Positions 40,141 through 52,584 of a DNA stretch of 64,000 nucleotides are shown piece after piece (the stretch's first letter is position 1; each line of letters begins with the position of its first letter). The stretch comes from the human T2T-CHM13v2.0 reference genome, Homo sapiens. A program made the translations under genes and the position numbers. Location: NCBI RefSeq assembly GCF_009914755.1, contig NC_060934.1; one strand, written 5' to 3'. The notes under the pieces were generated by a model. That model saw nothing but the letters and a program-made list of their open reading frames with translations, was not told where the DNA came from and ran no database searches.

Positions 40141-40454
40141 TATAGGAAATGAGGAAAGGAAAAATATTACATTTATGATGAGACTCAGCAGCCCCATTCC
40201 TGGAGAAGAGAATAAACAGCTCTCTGTACTGGACAGCTGAATTCTCCCCTTGCTGAGGAAGAGGTTCGAACAGACAAGCCCCCAGGGCCCCTTGGCTGAG
40301 CCCACACACTTTGGTCTCTCATACTCTGATGGGACTTTTTTCTTACCTGGATTGCAATGAAAGGTGTGCACAGGAGGTACAGTGAGCAAATCCGTACTCA
40401 GAGAAAATGCTAGAGTTGTCGCAGCCCATTTCAAAGACCTTGAGGGTTCACTGC

Positions 40455-40800
40455 ATTGCCTCCCAAACTTTAACATGCATAGGGAGAATCCAGTTTATGA
40501 TTTAGGGGATCTGGGGCAAGGTCTGAGAATCCTCATGCCTCGCAAGCTTCCAGCAGCTGCTGCTATACCTGCTCACTCAACTGCACTTGAAATCACAAAA
40601 GTCTAGAGCACAGCAACTAACTGGTGGTCCTGGCACCACTTGCTTCATCCAAATGTGTTTCTTTGACCAGCATAATCTTCTAAAAAATTAGATTTACTTG
40701 AAAACATCTAAAAATGTGCAGATTTCACGTTTTAATAATTCCAAATTCTGTCTTCTCTTGAAACCCTCAGGAGATGTGGCCATCCTGCCCTTACATGCTG
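40455..40800. mobile_element. Adjacent hAT-Charlie MITE remnants (MER5-like plus a second)
   Basis: 'cccaaactttaacatgcat...gatctggggcaaggtctgagaatc' is MER5-like; second element begins after TCTAGA at 40602. Confidence 0.45.
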
Positions 40801-41379
40801 GAACACAGCAAGTGCTGGAGCTGACCTGTGGCTGCCCATTTTAGACAGTTTCAATGCCCTCCAGCCTGCCCAAGTCCTCATGCCCAGGCCCACTGCACAC
40901 CCCCATTGACACTGTCTCCTGGCCCATGCAACCCCAGAGTTTTCCACTTCTCATCTAGAGCCAGCCCCTCACTCAACAGAGGAGAAATGAACCCTAGAGA
41001 GGGCATGGGATGAGCGGGTGCTGCCACTGTTAAAAGCAGCACCGTGTTTCTGCACCCCGGGGTTTGTGCTCAGTAACTGTTTACTGAATGACCAAATACC
41101 CTTTTCCATTATTGTGCTAGGGTCAACAGCTGATGCTGGTGTCCACCCACGGTGCCCCCCTACCCTGGCCACAGCACACCCCCCTTTATCGATCTCCTTG
41201 ATTAATAAACAGTCCATGTCAGAGAACAGGAGCCTAAATCACACATCTCTTTGTGCCTTTCTCCAGATTTCTTCTTTTGTTTCTTGGGGAGAGGCTGAGG
41301 CAAGTCAACTCACAAAAATGTGCTTCCACTGAATGGGATCCTGGAGTTTATCTAATAGGCAGGTTGGGAAAAATGAAAA

Positions 41380-42520
41380 CGCTAATTACTTCAGGGAAAG
41401 ATGGAAAATGAGTCAGCTGATTGGGCCACCAGGCAGCCAGTAGGAGCTGATTTTTTTTTTTTTTAAAGAGGATAATGACTTATTTCTAGGGGATTTCAGT
41501 TGTGCACACACAACAAAAATAATTCCAAGTGTCTGCTAGCAAAATCCCACGCTGCCGAACATCGCGTTTGAAAATTAATGTGACAAGCTGGAGGCCTATT
41601 TGCCCCAAGATCAGAAGACAATGAAAGCTTCCTCCCCAGGAAGTTTCTCAGGGTAGAACCAGAAATCCGGAACTGGAGAACCCAGAGGGCAACGCCCCAC
41701 CGGAGCCAGTGGACGGGAATCAGCTGGGACGCCATGCTGCCCTCCTTTGTCTGGGTGATCAGGCCCAGCCTCCCGAGTTACTGATGATCCATATGGAAGC
41801 TGGTGGGGCTGCACATTAATTGCCTTGTTCAACCCATCATTAAAATGATACGTCTCGCCTTCGGGAGCTGTGCTGGCTGGCGGCGAGTTGGGCACACCTC
41901 CTGGGTAGAGAGGTCTCCCAACAGGGCCCTACACACGCTTCTTTCTGAAGAGCTGCACGGTGATTTGGGGTTCATGCTGGTGCCATTGGACTCTAGGAAC
42001 CAAGGACCCCAGGGCCCTTGCTCCCACTCTCCTTTCTAGCGGGCAATGGAATTAATGAACCCCGGGCAGCCCTGGATGCAGGGCACACTCGGTCCTTTAC
42101 AGCTCTTTGTCTGCAGCCAGGCTCTTGTCTTTCAGAGCTGGCTGCCGCCCCGTCTCTGGAGCTGATGCAGCAGCCAGATAATGAACAGTATATCAGCGGA
42201 GGCGGCGGAGGGGGGCGACGGGGAGAGAGGCGAGCGCCCGAGCGAGTTGGACTGACTTATTATTCCTTCACTCTCAAACAAAACAAAATCATTGGCCTGC
42301 CAGGGTCATTAAGGACCCCGGGGTTGTCATAGAAACGACCTTTGGGGCCTGGTGGTTGTTAATGCATGAGTGACTGCCTGCATTGTGTGTGTGGGGAGAG
42401 GTCAGAGTTTTGTTGGTGGCTTAAGAAAGAAAGAAAGAGAGTGAGGAAGAAAGAGAGCCAGCACAAAGCCCAGGATTGGGCGGCTGACATTCAGAAGGAA
42501 GGTTGTCCGCCGTGGCATTG
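41380..42520. promoter_or_regulatory. CpG-rich, homeodomain-motif-rich non-repetitive block; candidate enhancer or orphan CpG island
   Basis: Many retained CpGs versus depleted flanks; GGCGGCGGAGGGGGCG tract; several ATTAAT/TAATT motifs, CTGATTGG (CCAAT) box, ACAATG. Confidence 0.6.
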
Positions 42521-43183
42521 ATTAGATGTCTGGGATGGTGAAAGTCCTGTGCCCGGCACATAGTAGGTGCTCAGTAAATGTCTGCAAAGGTGAATGGACA
42601 CGTTTCTCTGGTTAAAAATGCCCTCCTATGCCCACTCTGAATTCCACCTCCCCGTAACCCGGAAGCCACTCTGCCAATGCTCTCCCTGAGAGTGCTTAGA
42701 CAGGTAATGCTCCATCATTGTTCCAGCCGAGAGTAACAAACTCACAAGTTTCAGGAGGCACTTCTATGCCTTCAACTTGGACAGGACAATTTTCATGGTT
42801 CCCAGGGACCCAGGAGGAACTCGTTGGGGTGGGTGGGCAGGGGCTTTTACAGAGGAGAAATATAGGACAACAGGGCCTCCTCTGTCAGCCTTGGATTTAC
42901 AGATGCGCCTTCAACCCACTTTCTAACCAGGGCACTGTGTCCCCTGCCAGGAGACACTGAGCACCACCCGTGAGACGGAGCTCCCCCTACTGGCTGGTGT
43001 TCAGAGAGCTCAATCTCCAGGGGTTGACTCTCTCCAGCTTGTCGGGTTTCAGAACCAGCCCTGCTACTAACTCTCTGTGTGTCCTCTTGCAAGTCCTCCT
43101 TCCTCAGTTTCCTCACCTGGAACATTAGACATGGTCCAGATGACATCTACAGCCCATCCCAAGCCTTCTGTTCTGATGCCTCT

Positions 43184-43209
43184 GGGTGGGGGTGGGGGGT
43201 GGGGGGGGG
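43184..43209 (+). other. G-quadruplex-forming tract
   Basis: G3-T-G5-T-G6-T-G9 with single-T loops. Confidence 0.8.
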
Positions 43210-44373
43210 TGTCTTTTCTGAATTTAGGATTTTACTTTCCAGGTTGGAAGAAAACATTCTAGCCACATTTTGGGGGTGATTATAGAACCATTTGATCTCT
43301 GAGATGTCTAAACCTGGTTGCCTTCTCTGGTGTCACCATAGAAGTGAGGAGGCCCGGGCCTTTCAAGATCCTCTAACACTGTACTGCTTATGTTAACTGT
43401 AACACCATGTCCCCTGATAGCCTCTTGAAGTCTCCTTGTCACATTTGGAGGCCAATCCCAGGACCTGCCCACTGGAGACACACTCATTTAGCATTTACTA
43501 CTAGAGTAGCTTCTTCTTAAAAATAGTTTCAGGAATCTGTCTGAAACCTTACCTGGCAGATTCTCAGATCTTTGCTCAAGCAAACCAGACTATCACTCAC
43601 AGAATCCCTTCTTCAGCTCATGGACCCCAGAACACAATGGCTGCAAAACCCAGGTCTCTGATGTGGGCCCAGAACAAACAAACACCTCATCTCAGTGAAT
43701 CGCAAATGCCTGCATTGCACATCTGTGCTCTTTTGCAAGGACTTTGCTGGGATTCGTGATGAGCACACCTATTACAGAATCTGGAGTGAGAGTGCCCAGT
43801 ACAGCGGGGGTGGGGGGGTCCCTTGTGGGCAAAGGACCATCACATTCATCTACAGCACTGAGCCTGGTTCCTGCCCTGGAGTAGCAATAAGATATTGGAG
43901 TGAATGTTTGGTTCCAGTCTTTCATTTAATTCTTATAAAAAGGCAAGCAGCTACATCCCCCACAGAGCAGATGAGGTATCAGACAGGAGGAAGTGTGACT
44001 TGTCCAAGGTCACAGGAGGAGCAACTTTAGAAGCCGGACCCACAAGCTCCAGTCTGTTATGGCTCCGCCCACAGTGCTGCCGAAGCTGTCACCTGCGTGA
44101 GTACCAGAGAGTAAGAAGCGAAGAATCTTGTTATTTATGCTCATGTTGCATAAAATGTTATGCTCAGATAGAGTCAGTTTACCTTTGTTTTTGTTTTTAA
44201 AATCTGCACAACTGATTTGCATAACTGTCAGGGCCATGGCCTGGCACCTGTTCCCCTGTGTGTACAACAGAAAGGAGACTTTTGCCTACAGTCGAGCATG
44301 TTTTACTTCCTCTCTCATTAGTTGCAGAAAGAGAGAGGACTGTGCCCAGCTTGGACTCCAGTTCAAATCCCAC

Positions 44374-44437
44374 TAAAACATGCTGAATCCTCTGTTTGGC
44401 ATAAAACACGCTGAATCCTCTGTTTGGCATAAAACAC
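44374..44437. repeat. 28-bp tandem duplication (2.3 copies)
   Basis: TAAAACA(T/C)GCTGAATCCTCTGTTTGGCA at 44374 and 44402, then TAAAACAC at 44430. Confidence 0.95.
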
Positions 44438-45337
44438 CCAACTCAGATTGTTGACATATATTCTCTTTTCAACAAACTGCATCTTCTCAAATAAGTGAGA
44501 AGACAAAAATCCATCGAGTTTCCTGGTTTCCAGAGGTAAGAGAATTCAAGAGCAAACACTTCAGCATGCTGGAGCTTAAGTTTCCAAGAAAAGAAATGAG
44601 GAGTTGCTGATTTGGAGAAAAGGCCCCAGGCTAGACATGACTAGCTTACCTGGGGTTGCAATTGCTTCTAGCTCATGTGGTAACCTTTCACAAGTCACTT
44701 CCCCTTGTAGAGTCTATTTCTACTTTTCTAAAACATAAGGGAGCCCAAACTTTGAAATGTTGTAATTCTGAAGCTTAGGTTCCTATAAAGGATGATAAAC
44801 TCCAGAGTATTTGTATTTAATGAAGTTTAACACCAGGTTATAAAATAGAGCTTCCTGGGAGAATGAGCCATCATCTAAACCAGCAGAATTGAACAGAGTG
44901 TTTTACTTTGCATTAATATGTTCCCTTAGGGACAAGGACAAAACCCAACATTGTAAAAAATGTCTTGAATATTTGCATATTGCATATAGAATATTTGCAT
45001 GCAGTATTTATGTAAAGCATGATGCTTATTTTTCAGGGTGGGAAGGGGGAAATCTAGTAACTTGCTCAGTATCAGGTGCTTTTCATACAGCATTGAATCT
45101 TCAGCAACCCAAAGATGCATGGTATTCATTGAACCTCTAGAGAAACTGAAGGCCAGAGTAGGGACTTACCCATAGTTACCTGGTAAAATGCAGGGATATC
45201 CTTATTCCTTTACAGCACTTTTCTCTCCTACAACTTAACAACATTCACAGTGTAAGAGATATGCCTGGAATAATGTAAAAGAAATGAATTTAGCTCAGTG
45301 GGTTTTTATTCATATTCCTCTCTAGGTGGAAGTTTAG

Positions 45338-45673
<336 letters not shown>

Positions 45674-45717
45674 AATCCATTTGACTTTTAAACCCTAACT
45701 TTCAGTTACTCATTTAA

Positions 45718-45998
45718 ACAGTATTTACCAAGATGAATTCTGAAACATAACACACCCAAGAAATATTCCAGGGAAAGCATGTTTTGTGGTCAAATATGTT
45801 TGGAAAATATTGCAAGTTGTATCCTCAATTAGAGACTTACAGTGCACATTACAAAATATCAAAGGCTCTGATAAGGCCTACAACAAAAGCTTGCATAACT
45901 GTTTGATCCATTAGCCAAAATTATTGCATTCTGAACCCACATAACACTTATGAACATTTAATGAAATGACTTTGCTATTTAACACACTTGGAAAGCAT
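45718..45998. mobile_element. MER103-like hAT-Charlie MITE
   Basis: 'ggtcaaatatgtttggaaaa', 'cagtgcacatt...aaaggctctgataaggcct' match the recalled MER103 core. Confidence 0.65.
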
Positions 45999-46459
45999 TA
46001 GAATAATTGTAAAGTTTATGAATCTGCATCTCCCTCGTGTCTTGCCTTCTATCCTCTCTGCGAGCAGAGAAACAGTGGCCCTCAGGAAGGGTCATGGGCA
46101 GGGAGAGAGGATGAGGGGAGAGAGTCCATTTAAGGTTAACCAGGGCTCGTGTCCAGCTTCTGCTTGGAAGACCGACTCACCCGCTGCTCTTAAAATGCTG
46201 GGAGAGTCCACTCATGAAAAGCAAGAACCTGGATCAACTCTGATTTCCTCCATGAGAAATAGTCATTGCTCCAGCAGTCTCGGAAACTTTGATACGATAA
46301 ATATTTTGATGCTTTCTGTATATTTATATAAGCCCATTTATTGATGAAAACAAAATGTGTCACATTTCTGTTTTGATCAGCCCTTTTAAGGAATTTCCCC
46401 ACTCCTTTCCATTCTAAGCTGGAAACACCCAAATCTATACACAATAGAGTCTCACTGGA

Positions 46460-46815
46460 CATGTCATTTATGGAAGTTGTTCCCTTGACTTGACTTAGTT
46501 AATTCCAGTGCATCCTTTATATCACAGCTTATATGTCACTTCCTCCTGGACTGGTTCCCTGCCTGCAGACTAGATTTAGTCTGCTTTTTCTGCTTCTAGG
46601 ACAGCCTGGGATAGTCTGTGAGAGCAGTCATTAGGGCTGATAATTATATAGCCCTAAGAGTTTCTTTATAAATGTCTGATTCTCTCACTAGACTGTCAAT
46701 CTCATGAGGACAAGGGCCATGCCTATTTGTTCATACTGCTTCCCAAATACTTAGCATGGACTGGCTAAATAGGCACTAACTAAATATTTGTTGGATGAGT
46801 GAATGAATGAACAAA
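46460..46815 (+). mobile_element. LINE-2 3' end
   Basis: 'cactagactgtcaatctcatgaggacaaggg...taaatatttgttggatgagtgaatgaatgaa'. Confidence 0.85.
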
Positions 46816-47613
46816 TTTCCATGTGAAGAAACAGGCTTCATCTGCCTGGACCCTACATCAATCTTTTGTACTCCTGTGCTACCAACTGTGATTTTGCTCT
46901 TCTATTTAAACTCTATTTCACCCGTCAAGTTTGATACATGATCTTATGTCTCTCAATGCCTGGCCTTGCCTCCCTCTCTTGCCACCTCTTTGGACACATC
47001 ACTCACAAGCCGCTAGGCAACGCCCACCCATCATAACCCTTCTTCTACCCCACTGGGCTGACCCCAATCAGATTTCCTGCCCATAGGAAGACCACCAGAG
47101 GGGTTTGTGATTTGTTACCTACAAATAAAATCATTGACCTTCCAATATCAAAGCTACCTTAAAGGTCACTTGTTCAATTTCACCTTTTGTCTGATGAAGA
47201 GAGCGGGAATCAGACAAGATAGGTGAATTGTCCTTGGACAGAGAGCAGGAGGAAAAAGGAGTCCCTGGGATCCATTCCATGTCAGCATTCATTTCAAAAC
47301 AGTGTCTGCTTGTTCATTTTTTAAAGTAAAAATTTAAATTGGTACATGCATGACATTCAAGAAGCATAAAAGGATTCTAAAATGCTATACAAAGAGTGCT
47401 CATTACACTGTATGTTTATACTGTCACTTACTCCCATTTTACTGATGAGGAAACTGAGCCTTATAATTACTAAATAGTGCCTCTAGGACTTGAACTCAAG
47501 CCTGCCTCTTCAGAGTCCTTTACTTTACTGAACCCTAAACACATGTAATTGGTTCAAGCTAAAGTGGCCTTCTATAAGCTCTAGACCCTGAGCTACTTAG
47601 AAACAAGATCACA

Positions 47614-47961
<348 letters not shown>

Positions 47962-49669
47962 CTAGTTCAATATATTGTCACATAATAGGTCCTAAATAAA
48001 CATTTAAAGGATGAATAAATTAATGAGGAAATTCACAATAATTAAAAGTTTGAAGCAACAGTTAGCATAGCATGATTTTCATGAACGATGGGCAGGGCAA
48101 AGAAGACAAGGCTATACATTTATCTCAAAAACTCATAGTGGCTAGAGAGAAACATTTGCCTCCTTAAGCTGAATGAACTTGTAGAGAATAATTTTTTTTG
48201 CTGCAAATGCTTAGGATATAAAAATCTGTATATATCTTGTTGAAACAGCCTAGATATGAGCATAATTGCAGTGATGTGTTACTCTCCAAATTAGAAACTA
48301 GAAATGGTGGTGGAAGGAAGGTAGGAATCATGGAGGGACACATGTCCTCTTCTTACCATTAAAGTTGATATAACCATTAAACTCTATATAATCATTACAC
48401 ACACGTGTATGTATGGTGTGTATGTACAGTATTAACCAACTGCTTTGAGAAAATTGTATGAAAGGTTAGACTGTTGAGAATCTGCATGCATGAATTTGAA
48501 TATATGGGAGGAAGTGTGATTTTAATGCTTTTGGATATATATCTTAACCCTGCCTTGGAGGTTTTCAAGAAGTAGTTTCAATAAATGTAATTTGCCTTGT
48601 AATTAACACATTGAATGCTTCTAAAGTGCCCTCTTTGTCTTTTTTTTAATAGTTTTAAGCCATCCTTTGTCTTGACATTTGTCACTTGCTGAAATAATCC
48701 CTCTTTTCCATTTATACCACAAAGGTGAACCTCACCCAAGCCCCAGCATGGTGAAACTCAGAAATTCCAGGAGGAGAGGGTATTTAAAGTGAAGTCATGT
48801 GATATGTAGAATTGTGGCCCCTGCCCCACAGGACTTTGAAGACTATAAATGTTAAAGTATGATATACGTCAGTTAGCACCTTGTTTGGCATGCAGTCCTT
48901 GCTCAAAACCCAGCAACTATGTATTGAAGCTGAGTGGGGTGGGGGGTGAACCAGGCTGAAAGTGGGGAAGACAAGGCAGAAGAATGGGCTGTAGACCAGA
49001 TAATGTTCATTTTCCCCAGGGCTCCTAGGATTGTTTTGGTAATTACTCCAGCTTCTTCAACAGCTTGTGATTTGTCCAGTGCCAGGGAACCTGAATTTGC
49101 ATTGCACAATGCATAATTCATACGGCATGGAGAGCAATTATGAGCTAATTGAGGGTTGTAATGTTTAAAGACAGGACTCATTATCAGGAACATAAGGGAT
49201 GTTGGGAGGGGAGAAGCTCTGGAGTCCATGGAGGCTCGTTCCCTCTAATTCCGCTTTCCTTAAGATGACTGTAATTGTCTCTTGAAGGGCACTGAAGTTC
49301 TCTCCTAGAAGAGGTTCTGGAAGCTGGGCAGCGGTAGCTGCTCCTCCTACTAGAAGAGGGCTGAAAGTGGGCTAGGATGGGCTCCTCCTTCTAGTGCTTT
49401 TGTTTGCCTAGTCGTCCACCTTGCCATGTTGACACAGTTATCTGGATTAATATGATTAGAGGGATGTGATGTTCCCATAACTACAATTTCCACTTCCTGG
49501 GGGTAGGGACAGTCTGGGAAATATAATTTGGTGCAGAACTTATGGAATTTCCAATAGAAAATCATCTCTTCCAGAAATTATAGGACAGTCCATTTAAATA
49601 GAAACTTCATTGGAAAATCCAGGAGCTGGGCTATGAAATTATAAGGAACCCTGGGCTGGTAGCAATAAG

Positions 49670-49820
49670 CTTTGAATCTACTAATGACTAGGTTAACCTC
49701 TCACTGAAAGGCTCTTGGAACATTACCACCCCTCTCTGGCCCTCAGTTTCTCCATCTGTACAATGAGGAAATTGAGTGAGACGGCCTTCTAAGGTCCTCC
49801 CAACTCTGATATGTTGTTTC
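49670..49820 (+). mobile_element. MIR fragment
   Basis: 'ctctctggccctcagtttctccatctgtacaatgagg...ccttctaaggtcctcccaactctga'. Confidence 0.72.
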
Positions 49821-50310
49821 TGTGCATCACACCTCATCCTTCTGACTCAAGGTTTTAAAGTATCTTGACAGGTCAGCCTTTTTTCTTTGGAAACCAGCTG
49901 TGTGCTCTTTAAAACTCAGAAGACATAGTGTGATTGTTACATGCAACAGAAACATTTTTAAGTTGGTTGTATAAGAATATAGCCAAATAAATCACTTTTC
50001 CATTGGCTTTCATTACAAAATCAGATATGGTGCATATCTCAAAATACTGAATCAAAGATATTTTAAGTGTTTGTATCAGCATTTACTCTCTCTGGTGTGT
50101 GGGAAGTTGTGATAAGTTGAGTCATGGTGTGCTGTTTATGTTTTGCCACCTTTTCAGAACTCCACAGACCTTAGCATATCTCTCATTTAAGGATTGTTTC
50201 AGCATAGACTTTTTGGCGTTTACTTTTTATTCTCAACCAAATATTTTGATATCATATGAAGTACTCCCCTTTACAAGCTAGCTGTAATTACCACGACTAC
50301 TTGAGCTGGG

Positions 50311-50342
50311 CTGCAATATCATACCTCACCAGTAGAGGCCAC
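50311..50342 (+). promoter_or_regulatory. Candidate CTCF site (core plus upstream motif)
   Basis: CTGCAATATC-n8-CCAGTAGAGGCCAC; one mismatch to CCASYAGRKGGCRS. Confidence 0.4.
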
Positions 50343-52584
50343 TTTCTGATACATGATACACATAGCCTGAAGTCCAAACAATCATGGGCTAATACTAAGG
50401 GTAGAAGAGGTCTTTAAGATCATTTTGTCCCAATAAGCCTTATAAATAGTTCCATGCCTTATCACATCTGAAAATTACACATTTTGTAAAACTAACGTGC
50501 TTAAACTGAAGAGTGCCTGTCATTGACTCTCATGTAGCTTGCACAGTGTCTCTTCATTTAAACAGGGCACCTGGCCAGTTTGCATGCCTTTTGAATAATG
50601 AGGACATTTGGCATATTCAAGGTGGAGATTGTGTTATTCTCTGCCTGTGGTGCTAATGCAGCTATTTATACTAGGAGCCAAAGCAGATCTTTCACCGGAA
50701 AGTTGGGCTGTCATGTCTGTTTAAGCATTCAAACCAGCTCCACAGCTTATTTGAGAAGACTTTCAAATGGGTTTTCGTCCAGGGTAATTGATCACCTGCA
50801 GGCTAAGGATTTCTTTCTTTTCTTTCCTTTTTTTCTTCAAATAGCTTTTCCAACAATTTAAGAAACTCTTCCTTAAACCTCAAGAAAGACAGAAAGACAA
50901 CCTTAAGAAAGTGAGTGTCTACTTACAAGGTCTAGTTTTGGGAGCTTCAGGGTCAACAGTCAGGATACACCAGACAAAGGAAACTCTTATTTACCTTGGA
51001 GAATGGGCAGCAATAAATTCACGGCTGACTTTTCAGATCATCTTTCTCCACTGCAATCATAGGCAGCAGCTCCAGAAAACAAACTCATTCCCTTAGCAAG
51101 CAGCAGAGATGTTCTGGTTGGCCCCAGTTGGCTTCTTTGGGCAGGAGGATTGATGGCCTCTGCTGTTACATCCTGGTGAGAATAACCACTCATGAACACC
51201 CCATATTTAATCTTTATTTTGGAGTCTTCTTAAGCGAGAAATTGCAGTAAAACAAAATAGCCATGTTGCTCCAAGGGTTAATTAGACATAGCCCAGAAAA
51301 AGCGATTTCCCTCTTTCTGCCTTAAATTTTAGGATTTTCATGCTGAGTGACTGTTGGCTTCTGCCCAATGGAATAAGATAAATGGGAGCTCCTGATTCGG
51401 ATTCCCCTCTGTTCCCAGCTGTTATTTCTCAGTTTTCTAAAAAGGGGGAAACTCTTTGAACCTGCTGCTGTTCACAAACCTGGGACTTGACTCTCTCCCC
51501 TTTTGGTTTGGGTCCCGGTATCTTTAGGAGGAGATGATCAGAGTCCTTCTCTCAATGGACTTGTCATGCTGATGTTAAAATAATTTCCATCTCCTTTCTC
51601 CCTTCCTCAATCAGGCTGAACATTTTAATTATGAAATTGGCCACTGTGTTCTGGCTTTTTCATTGAGTTGTGAGTTGTCCAAAGTGACATCAAGATCTTT
51701 TCTCTTTTTTTCCCTCAAAGGTTATAACTAATTCAAAATCCATCAGTTCTTGCAAACACTTTGAATTGTTCCCTTAAACTTAAAACAAAATTTACAAGAA
51801 ATAAACAACCCCATAAAAAAGTGGGCAAATGACATGAACAGACACTTCTCAAAAGAAGACATTCATACAGCCAACAAACATGAAAAAAGCTCATCACTGA
51901 TCATTACAGAAATGCAAATCAAAACCACAATGAGATACTATCTCACACCAGTTAGAATGGTGATTACTAAAAAGTCAAGAAACAACAGATGCTGGCAAGG
52001 TTGCAGAGAAAAAAGAAAGCTTTTACACTACTGGTGGGACTGTAAATTAGTTCAACCATCATGGAAGACAGTGTGGCAATTCCAGAAAGATCTAGTAGCA
52101 GAAATACCATTTGACCCAGCATTCCTATCACTGGGCATATACCCAAAGAAATATAACTCATTCTATTATAAAGATACATGCGTGTGTATGTTGATTGCAG
52201 CACTGTTCACAATAGCAAAGACATGAAATCAACCCAAATGCCCATCAATGGTAGGTTGGAAAAAGAAAATGTGGTACATATAGGTGGCTGGCAAGATGAC
52301 TGAGTAGGAACAGTTCTGGTCTCCAGCTCCCAGTGAGATCAACACAGAAGGCAGGTGATTTCTGCATTTCCAACTGAGCCTCCACTGGTGATACCCAGGC
52401 AAACAGGGCCTCATGTGGACCTCCAGCTAACTCCAGCAGACCTGCAGCAGAGGGGCTTGACTGTTAGAAGGAAAACTAACAAACAGAAAGGAATAGCAGC
52501 AACATCAACAAAAAAGACATCCACACAGAAACCCCATCCGAAGGTTACCAACACCAAAAACCAAAGGTAGATAAATCCACGAAG

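Noticed and set aside
42018-42332. ORF with a poly-Gly run in the CpG-rich block
   Set aside because: Arises from a short GGC tract; non-ATG start and no domain evidence.
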